From IMG/VR virus record IMGVR_UViG_3300025530_000411: a stretch of 49,342 nucleotides of DNA. One strand, written 5' to 3'. The DNA comes from a virus (Duplodnaviria > Heunggongvirae > Uroviricota > Caudoviricetes). Position numbers and translations under genes: made by a program. Of this stretch, positions 27,291 through 36,417 are shown one piece after another (position 1 is the first letter of the stretch; each line of letters opens with the position of its first letter). The notes under the pieces were generated by a model, which was given only the letters and a program-made list of their open reading frames with translations, was not told where the DNA came from and ran no database searches.

Positions 27291-27986
27291 TCATTTTGCC
27301 GAATTTTTGTTGCGCAATTTGTCGGAAACGACCTTGGCAACGTCTTCCGGCGCATATTCGACGATATATTCGTCAAACAAGCGTCCAACTGTCTCCAAGA
27401 ATTTCGCCTTGTCGTTTGTAAAAATGGCGTTCTTTTCCATCTGCACGGCTTCGGACAAAGCTTCAGCCAAATCCTGTACGCGTTTGTTGAAAAACGCCCG
27501 AATCGTACCCACGCTCGGCAGGATGGAACCCACCACGTAGCCGTATTCCTGGCTTAGGCGAGATGCCACTTCTTCTGCCGACATGTTCGGATTCTGCACG
27601 ATATACGGAATGGCCCGTTCCACAAGTTTGAGAATGTCCGCATACGTTCGTGGGTTGTATTTTTCCAAGTTCTTCCCGACCACGGCTTCGTAATAGGACT
27701 TCTTGTTGACGGCCGTAGCTTGGATGAAACCGCAGCTTCCAGTCACCTGTTCGTACAGCTTTTGTCCCCACTCCGTCTTGCTGGCACGAGCAATCGTTTC
27801 GAGCAAATGCCGTTTTTGGTCGAAATCTTCCTTGGAACCATATTCGCCGAATACGTCGACAATAAGTTGTTCCCTCAGAATGCGAGATCGTTTGTAGTCG
27901 GTTGGATCGTATGCATTGTGCAAATATCGCACGACTTTTTCGAAGTCTTCTTTGTTCACTTGTTGCCAAAACATCTGTTCATTCAT
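27291..27986 (-). CDS. hypothetical protein
   Basis: AGGAGG RBS before ATG 27986 (MNEQMFW...), in frame with ORF 27291..28115. Confidence 0.65.
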   Translation of the reverse strand: MNEQMFWQQVNKEDFEKVVRYLHNAYDPTDYKRSRILREQLIVDVFGEYGSKEDFDQKRHLLETIARASKTEWGQKLYEQVTGSCGFIQATAVNKKSYYEAVVGKNLEKYNPRTYADILKLVERAIPYIVQNPNMSAEEVASRLSQEYGYVVGSILPSVGTIRAFFNKRVQDLAEALSEAVQMEKNAIFTNDKAKFLETVGRLFDEYIVEYAPEDVAKVVSDKLRNKNSAK

Positions 27987-28209
27987 CGGTCGTCCTCCTA
28001 TTGTCCGTTTATAACTATTATAACATAACGAAATTATTCTCCACAATATTTCGTATAATAGTGGAAAGAGTTTCCAATCGACATTTGAATACATGATTGA
28101 CCGATATTCATGCATGCCGAATCCGATCTTAAAAAGAATAAAACATACATATATTGACTCGTTTTCGGTTACTGCGGTAAACTGTATGTACTTAGTGGGA
28201 GGTGGACAA

Positions 28210-29271
28210 ATGTCTGCGATTGCGACTATCGAACGGAAGCGAGTATCCTATTCGCAAATTACTTGTTACAAAAGATGCAAGAAAAAGTGGTACTTCCGTT
28301 ACGTACTCGGCCTCAAGCCAATCTATTCGCCTCGTCCCATGAACGTGGGGAAACTCGTACACGTCGGCATCGGGCACTATTACGCAAACAAAGATTGGCG
28401 CAAGGCAATGGAAGAAGCGCATCTGAAAAACGTGGAAGACATCAAGAATGCCAAGTCGCTGTCCGAAGAAGAAATGATTCAATACGTTACGGATGCTGAA
28501 GAACACTATGCCGACTCCATAGGGGTCGTGGAGAGGTACATCGAACACGACGCCAAGGACCCGCTTTTGCCGGAAGGATGGAAAGTCCTTGCCGTGGAAC
28601 AGGAATTCTTGGTTGACGTGGACGGTGCAAAAGACCAGCTTTACGGATTCATCGACATGGTGGTGGAGGACCCGAACGGCAATATTTGGGGTGTAGAACA
28701 CAAATCCGGAGAACAGTTCTTCATGGTGGAACAACTTTCCCTGAGCGAACAGACCACCATGTATATCGCAGTTCTCAAGGCGAAATATGGATCCGACCGC
28801 GTAAAGGGAATGATTTACAATCTCATCCGCACCAAGAAGCCGTCCGTACCCAAGATGACCAAGCAGGGAACCATGTCGAAGGCCGCTATCGACACCACGT
28901 GGGAAATCTATGAAGCAGAACTTCTGAAAAACGGTCTCAACCCGGCAAATTACGCCGATATGAAAGACAAGCTCGAAGGAAATAAGTTCTTCGACAGGAC
29001 TTACACCTACAGGACCAACCGGGAAATCAACAATTTCCTGTCCGAACTTGCAATCGTCATGAACGAAATTTCCGAACAACGGGCAGAACTGTGTTACAGA
29101 TCTCCGCGCAGGGAATGTTCGTGGGACTGCAGGGAATTCCATGAACTCTGCATCATGGACTTCAAGGGTCTGGATACGGAGGAATATATCCGCCATACGT
29201 ATATCGAACGTGCTCCGGACCCCATGGATGAAATGGAGTTCTTTGACTTTGTGGGAGAAAGCATGTATTAA
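28210..29271 (+). CDS. PD-(D/E)XK (RecB/Cas4-like) exonuclease
   Basis: SYSQITCYKRCKKKWYFRY, GKLVH, AVEQEF, GFIDMV...VEHKS and C-terminal CxxxC-xxx-C. Own promoter at 28154-28183. Confidence 0.85.
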   Translation: MSAIATIERKRVSYSQITCYKRCKKKWYFRYVLGLKPIYSPRPMNVGKLVHVGIGHYYANKDWRKAMEEAHLKNVEDIKNAKSLSEEEMIQYVTDAEEHYADSIGVVERYIEHDAKDPLLPEGWKVLAVEQEFLVDVDGAKDQLYGFIDMVVEDPNGNIWGVEHKSGEQFFMVEQLSLSEQTTMYIAVLKAKYGSDRVKGMIYNLIRTKKPSVPKMTKQGTMSKAAIDTTWEIYEAELLKNGLNPANYADMKDKLEGNKFFDRTYTYRTNREINNFLSELAIVMNEISEQRAELCYRSPRRECSWDCREFHELCIMDFKGLDTEEYIRHTYIERAPDPMDEMEFFDFVGESMY

Positions 29272-29361
29272 TATACATTGACCTATTTTCCACATATATG
29301 GTAAGATATGTATGTAAGGCTGGTCCTACATACCGATATGTGCAAAGGAGGAATTTTTCAA

Positions 29362-30126
29362 ATGACGGCCACCATTGCTGGTCTGACCATCGAAAAGCTT
29401 GAAGACAAAGAGACAGGCGTGAAGATGCTTGTGTACGGTCAACCCGGTGTTGGGAAGACGTACTTTTCCAGTTCCGCGCCGAAGGCACTCTTCGTCGACG
29501 TGGAAGGCGGTACGCTGTCCATCAAGAATGCCGGCCGCAACATCGACATCGTCAAGGTGAACAAGTTCGCCGACATCTTCCAAATCCACAAGTTCCTCAT
29601 GTCCGGTCAGCACAATTATCAGACCGTCATCGTGGACTCCCTGACGGAACTGCAGAAGAAATCCCTCGACGGCATCATCGAAGAGGCGTACCGCAAAGAC
29701 CCTCTCAAGCGTGACCCGGATATCGCCGAACTCCGCGACTGGAGCAAGAACACGGCACAGTTGCGCAAGGCAGTACGGTACTTCCGCGATCTGCCGATGC
29801 ACGTCATCTTCACGGCTCTGGAGAAAGAAGTCAAGGACGAGCAGACAGGTGCTCTGCGCGTGGGTCCAGACCTGACTCCGAAGCTGCAAAGCGACGTGGC
29901 GGGGTATTTGGACATCATCGCACATATGTCCGCGAAGGAAAAAGAAGACGGCATTCTGCGGCAGATGCTGTTCCAACCGACGGGCAAGTACATGGCGAAG
30001 GACCGTTCCGGCAGACTCGGCAAGGTTCTGAAAAACCCGAACTTCCCGATGATCTTGGACCTCATCGAAGGACGGACCACGGCCGGTCAACAGTCCGAAT
30101 CTTCTTCTGCTTCGTCGGCATCGTAA
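29362..30126 (+). CDS. Sak4-like (AAA_24) phage recombination/annealing ATPase
   Basis: MLVYGQPGVGKT, ALFVDVEGG, TVIVDSLT, VIFTALEKE and AKDRSG. Lies between the exonuclease and the SSB. Own promoter at 29278-29307. Confidence 0.8.
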   Translation: MTATIAGLTIEKLEDKETGVKMLVYGQPGVGKTYFSSSAPKALFVDVEGGTLSIKNAGRNIDIVKVNKFADIFQIHKFLMSGQHNYQTVIVDSLTELQKKSLDGIIEEAYRKDPLKRDPDIAELRDWSKNTAQLRKAVRYFRDLPMHVIFTALEKEVKDEQTGALRVGPDLTPKLQSDVAGYLDIIAHMSAKEKEDGILRQMLFQPTGKYMAKDRSGRLGKVLKNPNFPMILDLIEGRTTAGQQSESSSASSAS

Positions 30127-30204
30127 TCGGGACGAAATTTATTGACTGGCGGACACAATTGATAGTACAATCAGTACAGAAATTCATGAATAGGAGAGAT
30201 GTAG

Positions 30205-30633
30205 ATGGCAAAAATCACTGTCGATCTGAGCAACGTGGATTCGAACCTGCTGATTCCGGAAGGCGAATACCAAGCCATCGTGTTTGACGTTGCCCAACGT
30301 CAAAACAAGGCACAAGACGGGTTCAACCTGAATTGGCACTTCAAAGTCGTCGGCGGCGAGCATGAGGGCAAATCCTTGTACCTCATCACCAGCCTGAAGG
30401 AGAACGCTCTGTTCCGGCTGCGCGACGTCCTGCTGGCTCTCGGTGTTCCGATTCCGGAAGACGGCAAGGTCGAATTCGACACGGAAGACCTGCTGACCCG
30501 ACGCTGCACGCTCGTGGTCGGTCAGGAAGAATACAACGGCAAGATGCGCAACAGTGTCAAGGAAGTCTTGCCGCCGAAGGAAGGCGCAGAGGACCCGTTC
30601 AACGTGTCCAACGGGGACGAAGATGAATATTGA
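30205..30633 (+). CDS. DUF669-type phage single-stranded DNA-binding protein
   Basis: LIPEGEYQAIV...FKVVGGEHEGK...ALFRL..LG, and an acidic C-terminal tail (DPFNVSNGDEDEY). Confidence 0.78.
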   Translation: MAKITVDLSNVDSNLLIPEGEYQAIVFDVAQRQNKAQDGFNLNWHFKVVGGEHEGKSLYLITSLKENALFRLRDVLLALGVPIPEDGKVEFDTEDLLTRRCTLVVGQEEYNGKMRNSVKEVLPPKEGAEDPFNVSNGDEDEY

Positions 30634-30671
30634 TTTGGACGGCGGCGCGAAATCGAACAGCCGACCACTGG

Positions 30672-30700
30672 GTGGGACCGGACAAATTCCGGTCCCACTT
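30672..30700 (+). terminator. intrinsic terminator
   Basis: GTGGGACCGGA-CAAAT-TCCGGTCCCAC followed by TTT. Confidence 0.7.
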
Positions 30701-30737
30701 TCGTATTCGGATACACACATTCATTGGAGGGATGTCC

Positions 30738-31056
30738 ATGATCAAAAGCATGGACACGCCAAAATCAAGAATAGCAGTCATCGACGATCTTGTATACGAT
30801 GTTGACAAAGCCATATTTATAGCCGATTTCCCGCCTGGGTGGTACAGCCTATACAAGACAAAGAACGGCAATTACTTCGTCGTTTGCAACCAGAGCACAA
30901 GTCCTGTACTCGACTTTTTCTTTCGATTTGATTAGTTCAACGGTTTCCCCAACGACATCAATCCGGTGACGAAAGAACAAGTAATCAAACTTCTCATGCG
31001 CGAAAAAAGGGATGGACATTATATGGAGGGAATTCCCCGACTTGCCAGAAGCATGA
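30738..31056 (+). pseudogene. disrupted small phage-type hypothetical gene
   Basis: GGAGG RBS. The reading ...IDDLVYDVDKA...LYKTKNGNYF...RFD*FNGFPNDINPVTKEQVIKLL... has an in-frame TAG at 30933. A +1 shift at GAAAAAAGGG gives the ending MDIIWREFPDLPEA*. Confidence 0.55.
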
Positions 31057-31103
31057 AGTACATATCAAACATATATTACTTATACATGTATCCTATCAAA
31101 TAA

Positions 31104-31132
31104 TTGACACTACTTGTTCTTTGTGATAGAAT
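31104..31132 (+). promoter_or_regulatory. sigma-A-type promoter
   Basis: TTGACA-N17-TAGAAT. Confidence 0.7.
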
Positions 31133-31183
31133 TATGTTGTAACAAAAAGTAATCAAAGTAAAAAGTAAGGAGTGTTGTCCATT

Positions 31184-32419
31184 ATGGTAGTTATGTCGAA
31201 CGCGATCACTTTGAGTGAACTGCAGCTGATGTTGGAAAAGGACGTACTGCACGCGCTTGATCTGGTCAAGAAAAACCGCCAAGACCTGGAACAAGCCGAA
31301 CGCAATCTGCAGAACAGCAAGGACGAGAAAAAGCGCGTATACTGGGAGGAGGAAATCAAACGCCTCCAGAAGTGGCGTCTGCAGCATTCCATGCCGCCGA
31401 TCATCGTGTACGGCGACCCCGGCGTCGGCAAGACGCAGTGCATTTCTTGGGTCGTAAGGGAGATGGTGTCGAAGTACGGCATCCGGGTGGGCCTCATCGT
31501 TTCGCAAATGTCCACGTACGATATGATCGCAGTGCGGGGGATGCCGATTCCGGACCGTGAATCCGGAACGACGAAATGGCTCCCGCAAGATTCGTTCCCG
31601 AACGAACATAACTGCGCGGATTACGATGTCGTCGTCTGGTTCATGGACGAACTGACGGCAGCTCCGAAATCCGTACAGCCCCCGCTGTACAGCTTGTTGC
31701 AGTTTGGTTCGATAGAGAACGGAATCACGATTCCGCCTAACGTGATGATAGTTGCGGCGGGCAATGACAAAGACGACAGGGCGATCGTTTCCGACATGTC
31801 GTCTGCGTTAGCGAACCGGCTCGTACACTTCGACGTGCAAGTGTCCCTCGATTCGTGGAAGGATTGGGCTCTTCGGGAAGGAATCCACCCGATGATCATC
31901 GCCTTCCACAACTCGAACGAAGGTCAGTACCTGCACAAGATGCAGGCCGACACCACTGGGCTGATCAAAGGGTTCCCGTCGCCGCGCACGTGGCATCGCG
32001 TATCGGATGATCTCGTCCGGTATGCGGACAACGAGCGTCTGCGGGAAGCCAGAGTCATCGGACACGTCGGTTCGGAAGCCGGTGTCGCATTCAACACCTT
32101 CTTCCGAGTACACGACCAACTCCCGAACCCGGAGAAGATCCTGAACGGTCAACTCGACAAAGTTCCCGAGGAAGATCACATGATCTACGCCACGCTTTCC
32201 AATCTCGTCGCTCACCTGCTGAAGAAATACGATGCCACCCGCATCGACAACTTCTTCAGCTACGTGGAAAAAGCGACGGCCCATCGAAAAGAGATTGGGT
32301 ACGTGGCAGTGCAGGACTTCGTCCGGGGCGCAGGGCGTGACGCCACGAAAATCATGCTGCAAACGAAAAATTGGTCCAAATGGGCCGACACCATCATCAA
32401 GATGGACAAATGGGCCTGA
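31184..32419 (+). CDS. MoxR-like AAA+ ATPase
   Basis: IVYGDPGVGKT, FMDELTAA...VQPPL, IVAAGN...DRA...MSSALANRLVH and FPSPRTW. Confidence 0.85.
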   Translation: MVVMSNAITLSELQLMLEKDVLHALDLVKKNRQDLEQAERNLQNSKDEKKRVYWEEEIKRLQKWRLQHSMPPIIVYGDPGVGKTQCISWVVREMVSKYGIRVGLIVSQMSTYDMIAVRGMPIPDRESGTTKWLPQDSFPNEHNCADYDVVVWFMDELTAAPKSVQPPLYSLLQFGSIENGITIPPNVMIVAAGNDKDDRAIVSDMSSALANRLVHFDVQVSLDSWKDWALREGIHPMIIAFHNSNEGQYLHKMQADTTGLIKGFPSPRTWHRVSDDLVRYADNERLREARVIGHVGSEAGVAFNTFFRVHDQLPNPEKILNGQLDKVPEEDHMIYATLSNLVAHLLKKYDATRIDNFFSYVEKATAHRKEIGYVAVQDFVRGAGRDATKIMLQTKNWSKWADTIIKMDKWA

Positions 32420-32436
32420 ACACACATCTCGGCTCG

Positions 32437-32463
32437 AGGGACGGGAAATTTCCGTCCCTTTTT
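32437..32463 (+). terminator. intrinsic terminator
   Basis: AGGGACGG...CCGTCCCT followed by a T run. Confidence 0.7.
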
Positions 32464-32490
32464 CCTTTTTCTGACATTGCGTCGGAATTA

Positions 32491-32519
32491 TTGACAATTC
32501 ACATCGTACATGGTACAAT
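32491..32519 (+). promoter_or_regulatory. sigma-A-type promoter
   Basis: TTGACA-N17-TACAAT. Confidence 0.7.
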
Positions 32520-32566
32520 ATGGGCAGAAAATTGTAATATATGTCGATAGTAAGGAGTGTTGACAA

Positions 32567-33937
32567 ATGAAAAATGCAAGCGTTCCTGCCAGAGATCGGA
32601 TTTCATCGGCATTCATCAAGCTGTTGCACAAGAAACCATTCCTTGCAATCGTAGGGATGCGGTTTCCGGTCGTGAAAGACGACAGCATGCCGACGATGTA
32701 TGTCGATGGGAAGGTCATTGGGTACAACGAACAGTTCGTAATGTCATTGACGCCCGATGAGCTTCAAGGAGTAGTCGCTCACGAAATATTGCACCTTGCG
32801 TTTATGCACCTGTACCGTCGCGGTGGCAGAAATCCAATGCTTTGGAACTACGCCACCGACCTTGTGGTCAACTGGATACTGGAAGAGGAAGGATTCGTCC
32901 TTCCGAAGGGTGCCCTCTATTCCAAAGAATTCGAGAACATGGTGGCGGAAGAGGTATATGACATCTTGGAAAAAAGGGCGCAAAAAATCAGATCGCAACT
33001 CGGCATGTCGGGTGGCGCAGGCAATGCACAAGAACAGGGTGCGGGAAATAAAAATCAAGGTGCAGGAAGTCAGGGCAATCAAGGAGGTAGCGACGGTCAA
33101 GGAAGTCAAGACAGTCAAGGTTCTGGAGACGGAATGGATCCGTTCGAAAAAGCCTTGATCGAAGATCTTTTTCGGAACGGAGCGCAAGGCACCAAGATGG
33201 TTGGCAGCCATGCTCCGTGGGAAAGAGCGGCGCAAGATCCCGCCAAAGACACCGCACGAAGAAAGCTCGAACAAACCCTGCGCGAAGCGCAGATGATTGT
33301 ACAACAGAAATCGCAGGGAACGGGAGCGGGACTCATTGATCGGTTGGTCAATGAATTCCTGAACCCGAAGATTCACTGGAGCCGGTACGTACGGCGGTAC
33401 ATTCAGCCGCGTGAAGAAGAACATTGCTTCACGAGCCCAAATCCGTACTACTCGTACCGTGGCGACATCGCTCCCATCCTCAATGACATTCCGCTTCCTG
33501 GGGAAACCAAGAGGGGCGGAAAGCTGGAAGGCGTCGTATTCGTACTCGACACTTCTGGCTCTATCAGCGACAAGGAAGCGGCGCAATACATCGCCGAAAT
33601 GCAGGGACTCATGCGCGAATTCCCTGACACGTATGCGATGTATATGAGCTGCGATTGGGAGTGCACGGAACCGGTGGATCTTCAGACGGTGGACGGAAGT
33701 ACCATCGACATCAAGTCCATCCGCCTGAAAGGTGGTGGCGGCACTTCGTTCAAGCCCCCGTTCGAATTCTTCGAACGGCCGGAAAACCGTCGCAAATACG
33801 ACGTGAAGTTACTCATCTACTTCACGGACGGTTACGGCGAATTTCCCACGAAGAAACCTCCGTATCCGGTGATTTTCTGCGTTAGCACCGAACGCATCAA
33901 AGACGTTCCACAGTGGGCCGTCGCAGTGCAGCTGTAA
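32567..33937 (+). CDS. DUF2201-type metallopeptidase plus VWA domain protein
   Basis: PTMYVDG, GVVAHEILH (HExxH), WNYATDLVVN, a G/S/Q-rich linker, VLDTSGS (MIDAS), GGGGTSF and YFTDGYG. Confidence 0.85.
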   Translation: MKNASVPARDRISSAFIKLLHKKPFLAIVGMRFPVVKDDSMPTMYVDGKVIGYNEQFVMSLTPDELQGVVAHEILHLAFMHLYRRGGRNPMLWNYATDLVVNWILEEEGFVLPKGALYSKEFENMVAEEVYDILEKRAQKIRSQLGMSGGAGNAQEQGAGNKNQGAGSQGNQGGSDGQGSQDSQGSGDGMDPFEKALIEDLFRNGAQGTKMVGSHAPWERAAQDPAKDTARRKLEQTLREAQMIVQQKSQGTGAGLIDRLVNEFLNPKIHWSRYVRRYIQPREEEHCFTSPNPYYSYRGDIAPILNDIPLPGETKRGGKLEGVVFVLDTSGSISDKEAAQYIAEMQGLMREFPDTYAMYMSCDWECTEPVDLQTVDGSTIDIKSIRLKGGGGTSFKPPFEFFERPENRRKYDVKLLIYFTDGYGEFPTKKPPYPVIFCVSTERIKDVPQWAVAVQL

Positions 33938-33944
33938 CTTTTCC

Positions 33945-33974
33945 GAAAGCTGGACATAAAATTGTCCAGCTTTC
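33945..33974 (+). terminator. terminator hairpin
   Basis: GAAAGCTGGACA...TGTCCAGCTTTC. Confidence 0.65.
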
Positions 33975-34002
33975 CTTGTATACATACAGGTGACATATAT
34001 GG

Positions 34003-34032
34003 TTGACGTGTTCCGCATACAGGTGCTATAAT
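34003..34032 (+). promoter_or_regulatory. sigma-A-type promoter of the polymerase
   Basis: TTGACG-N18-TATAAT with TG extension. Confidence 0.7.
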
Positions 34033-34068
34033 GTCAATATGGCAAACTGTATGTGGAGGTAATATTCT

Positions 34069-36282
34069 ATGCTCGTACTCACAGAAACGCAGTTGCAGGA
34101 CTGTATAAAAGATCTCAGATCTTCCAAGAAGCTTTATCATGACACGGAAACCACGGGTCTGTTTCCCTTCAAGAAGATAGGCAATCCCACTGACCCCGGC
34201 GGAGCGAGAATTGCCGGACATGCCTTCCAATCGGACGACTCCAAGCGCAAATACTATATTCCCATACGACACGAAACCATCATTGAAAGCAACCTCACAT
34301 ACAGCATTCCGCCGTCCACTCCGTTCAGCGTGTTTGGGGACCTCATGGCGAGCATCGAACATAAGGTTGGACAAGTTGTTGGTCCGTCCTTTATTGCCAT
34401 GGAACCTCATGTGACCGGATACAGCACCACCAAGAAGGCACAGGCGAAAAGGCAGACGGTCAAAATCCGACTGCATTTCGAGTGCTATGTCGACGACTAC
34501 GATTACGTGCTGTGCGAGAAGATCAAGAACGTGGTGGACGAGATCGCCTCCAAGCCTACGTCGATGGAAGGGCTTCACTTGAGGGAATGCACCACGAACA
34601 TCTATGCCGGGTGCTACAGCGAATACACGCACAAAATAAAGAACTGGGACCCGGCACATGTCAATTCGCTTCTGATTCCCGTTTTTGACGATGAAACAAA
34701 GACGATCAAAGGATTCAACTACAAATTCGACTTGTCTGTACTCAGGTTCGACGGCATCGTTCCGAAAGCATATGTGGAAGATGTGATGGTGAACTGCCAT
34801 CTCAGCCAGGAAAATGAATACAATTTCCAACTCAAAACTCTTGGCATCAAGTATGTGCGTCCCGACGCCCGCGACCAACAGGAATTCGTCAAAGAATACA
34901 TGAAGAAGTGGAAGCTGAAACGGTACAGTCAAGTTCCGGCCAATATCCTCGGCGAATACGCCGAAATGGACGTGGAACTGACTGGAGAACTCGACAAGAA
35001 AACCATGGAGAGCATCGAAGCACAGAAGCTTACCGATCTCTCGGTGAAAGACTACACGAAGAACCTCGTGTACAAAGAAGCAAGGTTCCTCCGTCTGCTA
35101 GACAAGATGTGGTATGCGGGTATCGCCATCGATCCCAAAAAGTGTGCACAGAGCATCAAGGAAGCGGACAAACGTTGCTCGGAAATTGCTGAAATGGCAT
35201 CCGAAATCGCCGGATTCGAAATCAACCTCAACAGTCCGGTGCAACTGATGAAGGTGCTCGGACTCGAATCCACGGACAAACAACATCTCATGCAGTGCAA
35301 CCACCCGATCGCCGCGCTGACTTTGGAATATAGGGCGTGGCAAAAGGTAAAGACTGCATACTATATCAGATTCCTTGAAGACAGGGACGAAAACAACAGG
35401 CTCCACCCAGACCTATTCCAGATCGGAACAGTTACCGGACGTCTTTCTTGCCGGGACCCGAACTTTCAGGCACTGCCTCGACTGAAAGACGATGACGACC
35501 CGTTTGCGCACATCTACAAAGTACGGGACGTGGTGGTACCGCCGGGACCGGACTATGCACTTGTATTTTCGGACCTGTCGCAAGCTGAAATGCGTGTTGC
35601 CGCTCACTATGCCAAGGAATACACGATGATCGAAATCATCAAAGCGGGTGGCGACCTGCACACGCAGACGGCCATCGCCATGTTCGGCGACAAATGCATA
35701 GATCCCGCAACGGGCAAGGTGTACAAGGAATACAGAAACTTTGCGAAGAGACTGAATTTCGGCATCATTTACGGCATGGGTGCAAAAGCTCTCGCCGAAC
35801 AGCTCAAGTGCTCCATCGAAAAGGCAAAGGAACTCCTTGAACAATATCACGAACGGTTCCCCGGATTCAAGAAGCTGTATTCTAACGCCGAAATGAAGGC
35901 TCTGACCCGCGGATACATCAAAATGTGGACCGGACGTCGTCGTCGTTTCCGTGGCGACACTGTGGAACTGTGGGAATGCCGCAAGGCCATGAACAACCTT
36001 ATCCAAGGTTCCGTCTCCGAAATGATGAAACATTCCATGCTTCGTATCGACGAACTTTTGGTAAAGGAGACGAACAATCGGTCCTACATCTTCAACCAAG
36101 TGCATGATGACCTGCACATGGCTATCCACAAAGATGATTGGCACCTTATTCCAAAGATTCGCGACATCATGCAAGATCATCCGTGGTGCATCGTTCCGAT
36201 AGTGACGGATACGGAGTATTCTCTCACGTCGTGGGGAGAGAAGAAAAAATGGACGGAAACGGAAAACCCGTGGGCAGCCTGA
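34069..36282 (+). CDS. polA: family A DNA polymerase with 3'-5' exonuclease, no 5'-3' exonuclease, and a large insertion in the exonuclease domain
   Basis: ExoI DTETTGL, ExoII FNYKFD, ExoIII YAEMD, TGRLSCRDPNFQ, motif A DLSQAEMR, motif B RNFAKRLNFGIIYG and motif C QVHDD. Confidence 0.93.
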   Translation: MLVLTETQLQDCIKDLRSSKKLYHDTETTGLFPFKKIGNPTDPGGARIAGHAFQSDDSKRKYYIPIRHETIIESNLTYSIPPSTPFSVFGDLMASIEHKVGQVVGPSFIAMEPHVTGYSTTKKAQAKRQTVKIRLHFECYVDDYDYVLCEKIKNVVDEIASKPTSMEGLHLRECTTNIYAGCYSEYTHKIKNWDPAHVNSLLIPVFDDETKTIKGFNYKFDLSVLRFDGIVPKAYVEDVMVNCHLSQENEYNFQLKTLGIKYVRPDARDQQEFVKEYMKKWKLKRYSQVPANILGEYAEMDVELTGELDKKTMESIEAQKLTDLSVKDYTKNLVYKEARFLRLLDKMWYAGIAIDPKKCAQSIKEADKRCSEIAEMASEIAGFEINLNSPVQLMKVLGLESTDKQHLMQCNHPIAALTLEYRAWQKVKTAYYIRFLEDRDENNRLHPDLFQIGTVTGRLSCRDPNFQALPRLKDDDDPFAHIYKVRDVVVPPGPDYALVFSDLSQAEMRVAAHYAKEYTMIEIIKAGGDLHTQTAIAMFGDKCIDPATGKVYKEYRNFAKRLNFGIIYGMGAKALAEQLKCSIEKAKELLEQYHERFPGFKKLYSNAEMKALTRGYIKMWTGRRRRFRGDTVELWECRKAMNNLIQGSVSEMMKHSMLRIDELLVKETNNRSYIFNQVHDDLHMAIHKDDWHLIPKIRDIMQDHPWCIVPIVTDTEYSLTSWGEKKKWTETENPWAA

Positions 36283-36298
36283 TTCGGAACTTAAATTA

Positions 36299-36328
36299 TT
36301 GAACATGCGGAAAGGCATGTGGTACAAT
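36299..36328 (+). promoter_or_regulatory. sigma-A-type promoter of nrdJ
   Basis: TTGAAC-N18-TACAAT with TG extension. Confidence 0.55.
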
Positions 36329-36417
36329 TTATATGCCGGCGGTATGTATATATGTGTTGAAAGAAGCATGATAAAAAAGATTTACAGAATACATGAAATG
36401 CAAAGGAGGAACGGTAA

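Noticed and set aside
28210-29271. Cas4 of a CRISPR system
   Set aside because: Its position before a Sak4-like ATPase and an SSB identifies it as a phage recombination exonuclease.
20214-30935. Stop-codon reassignment (TAG or TGA) explaining the in-frame stops at 20214, 20709 and 30933
   Set aside because: TAG and TGA end many intact genes directly before terminators or the next gene (e.g. 12704, 42440, 32419), two different codons are involved, and the same genes also carry frameshifts.
34069-36282. Calling the polymerase DpoZ
   Set aside because: Motif B (AKRLNFGIIYG, Phe at the Klenow-762 position) looks like standard PolA, and I cannot identify DpoZ-specific residues by eye. A phylogeny is needed.
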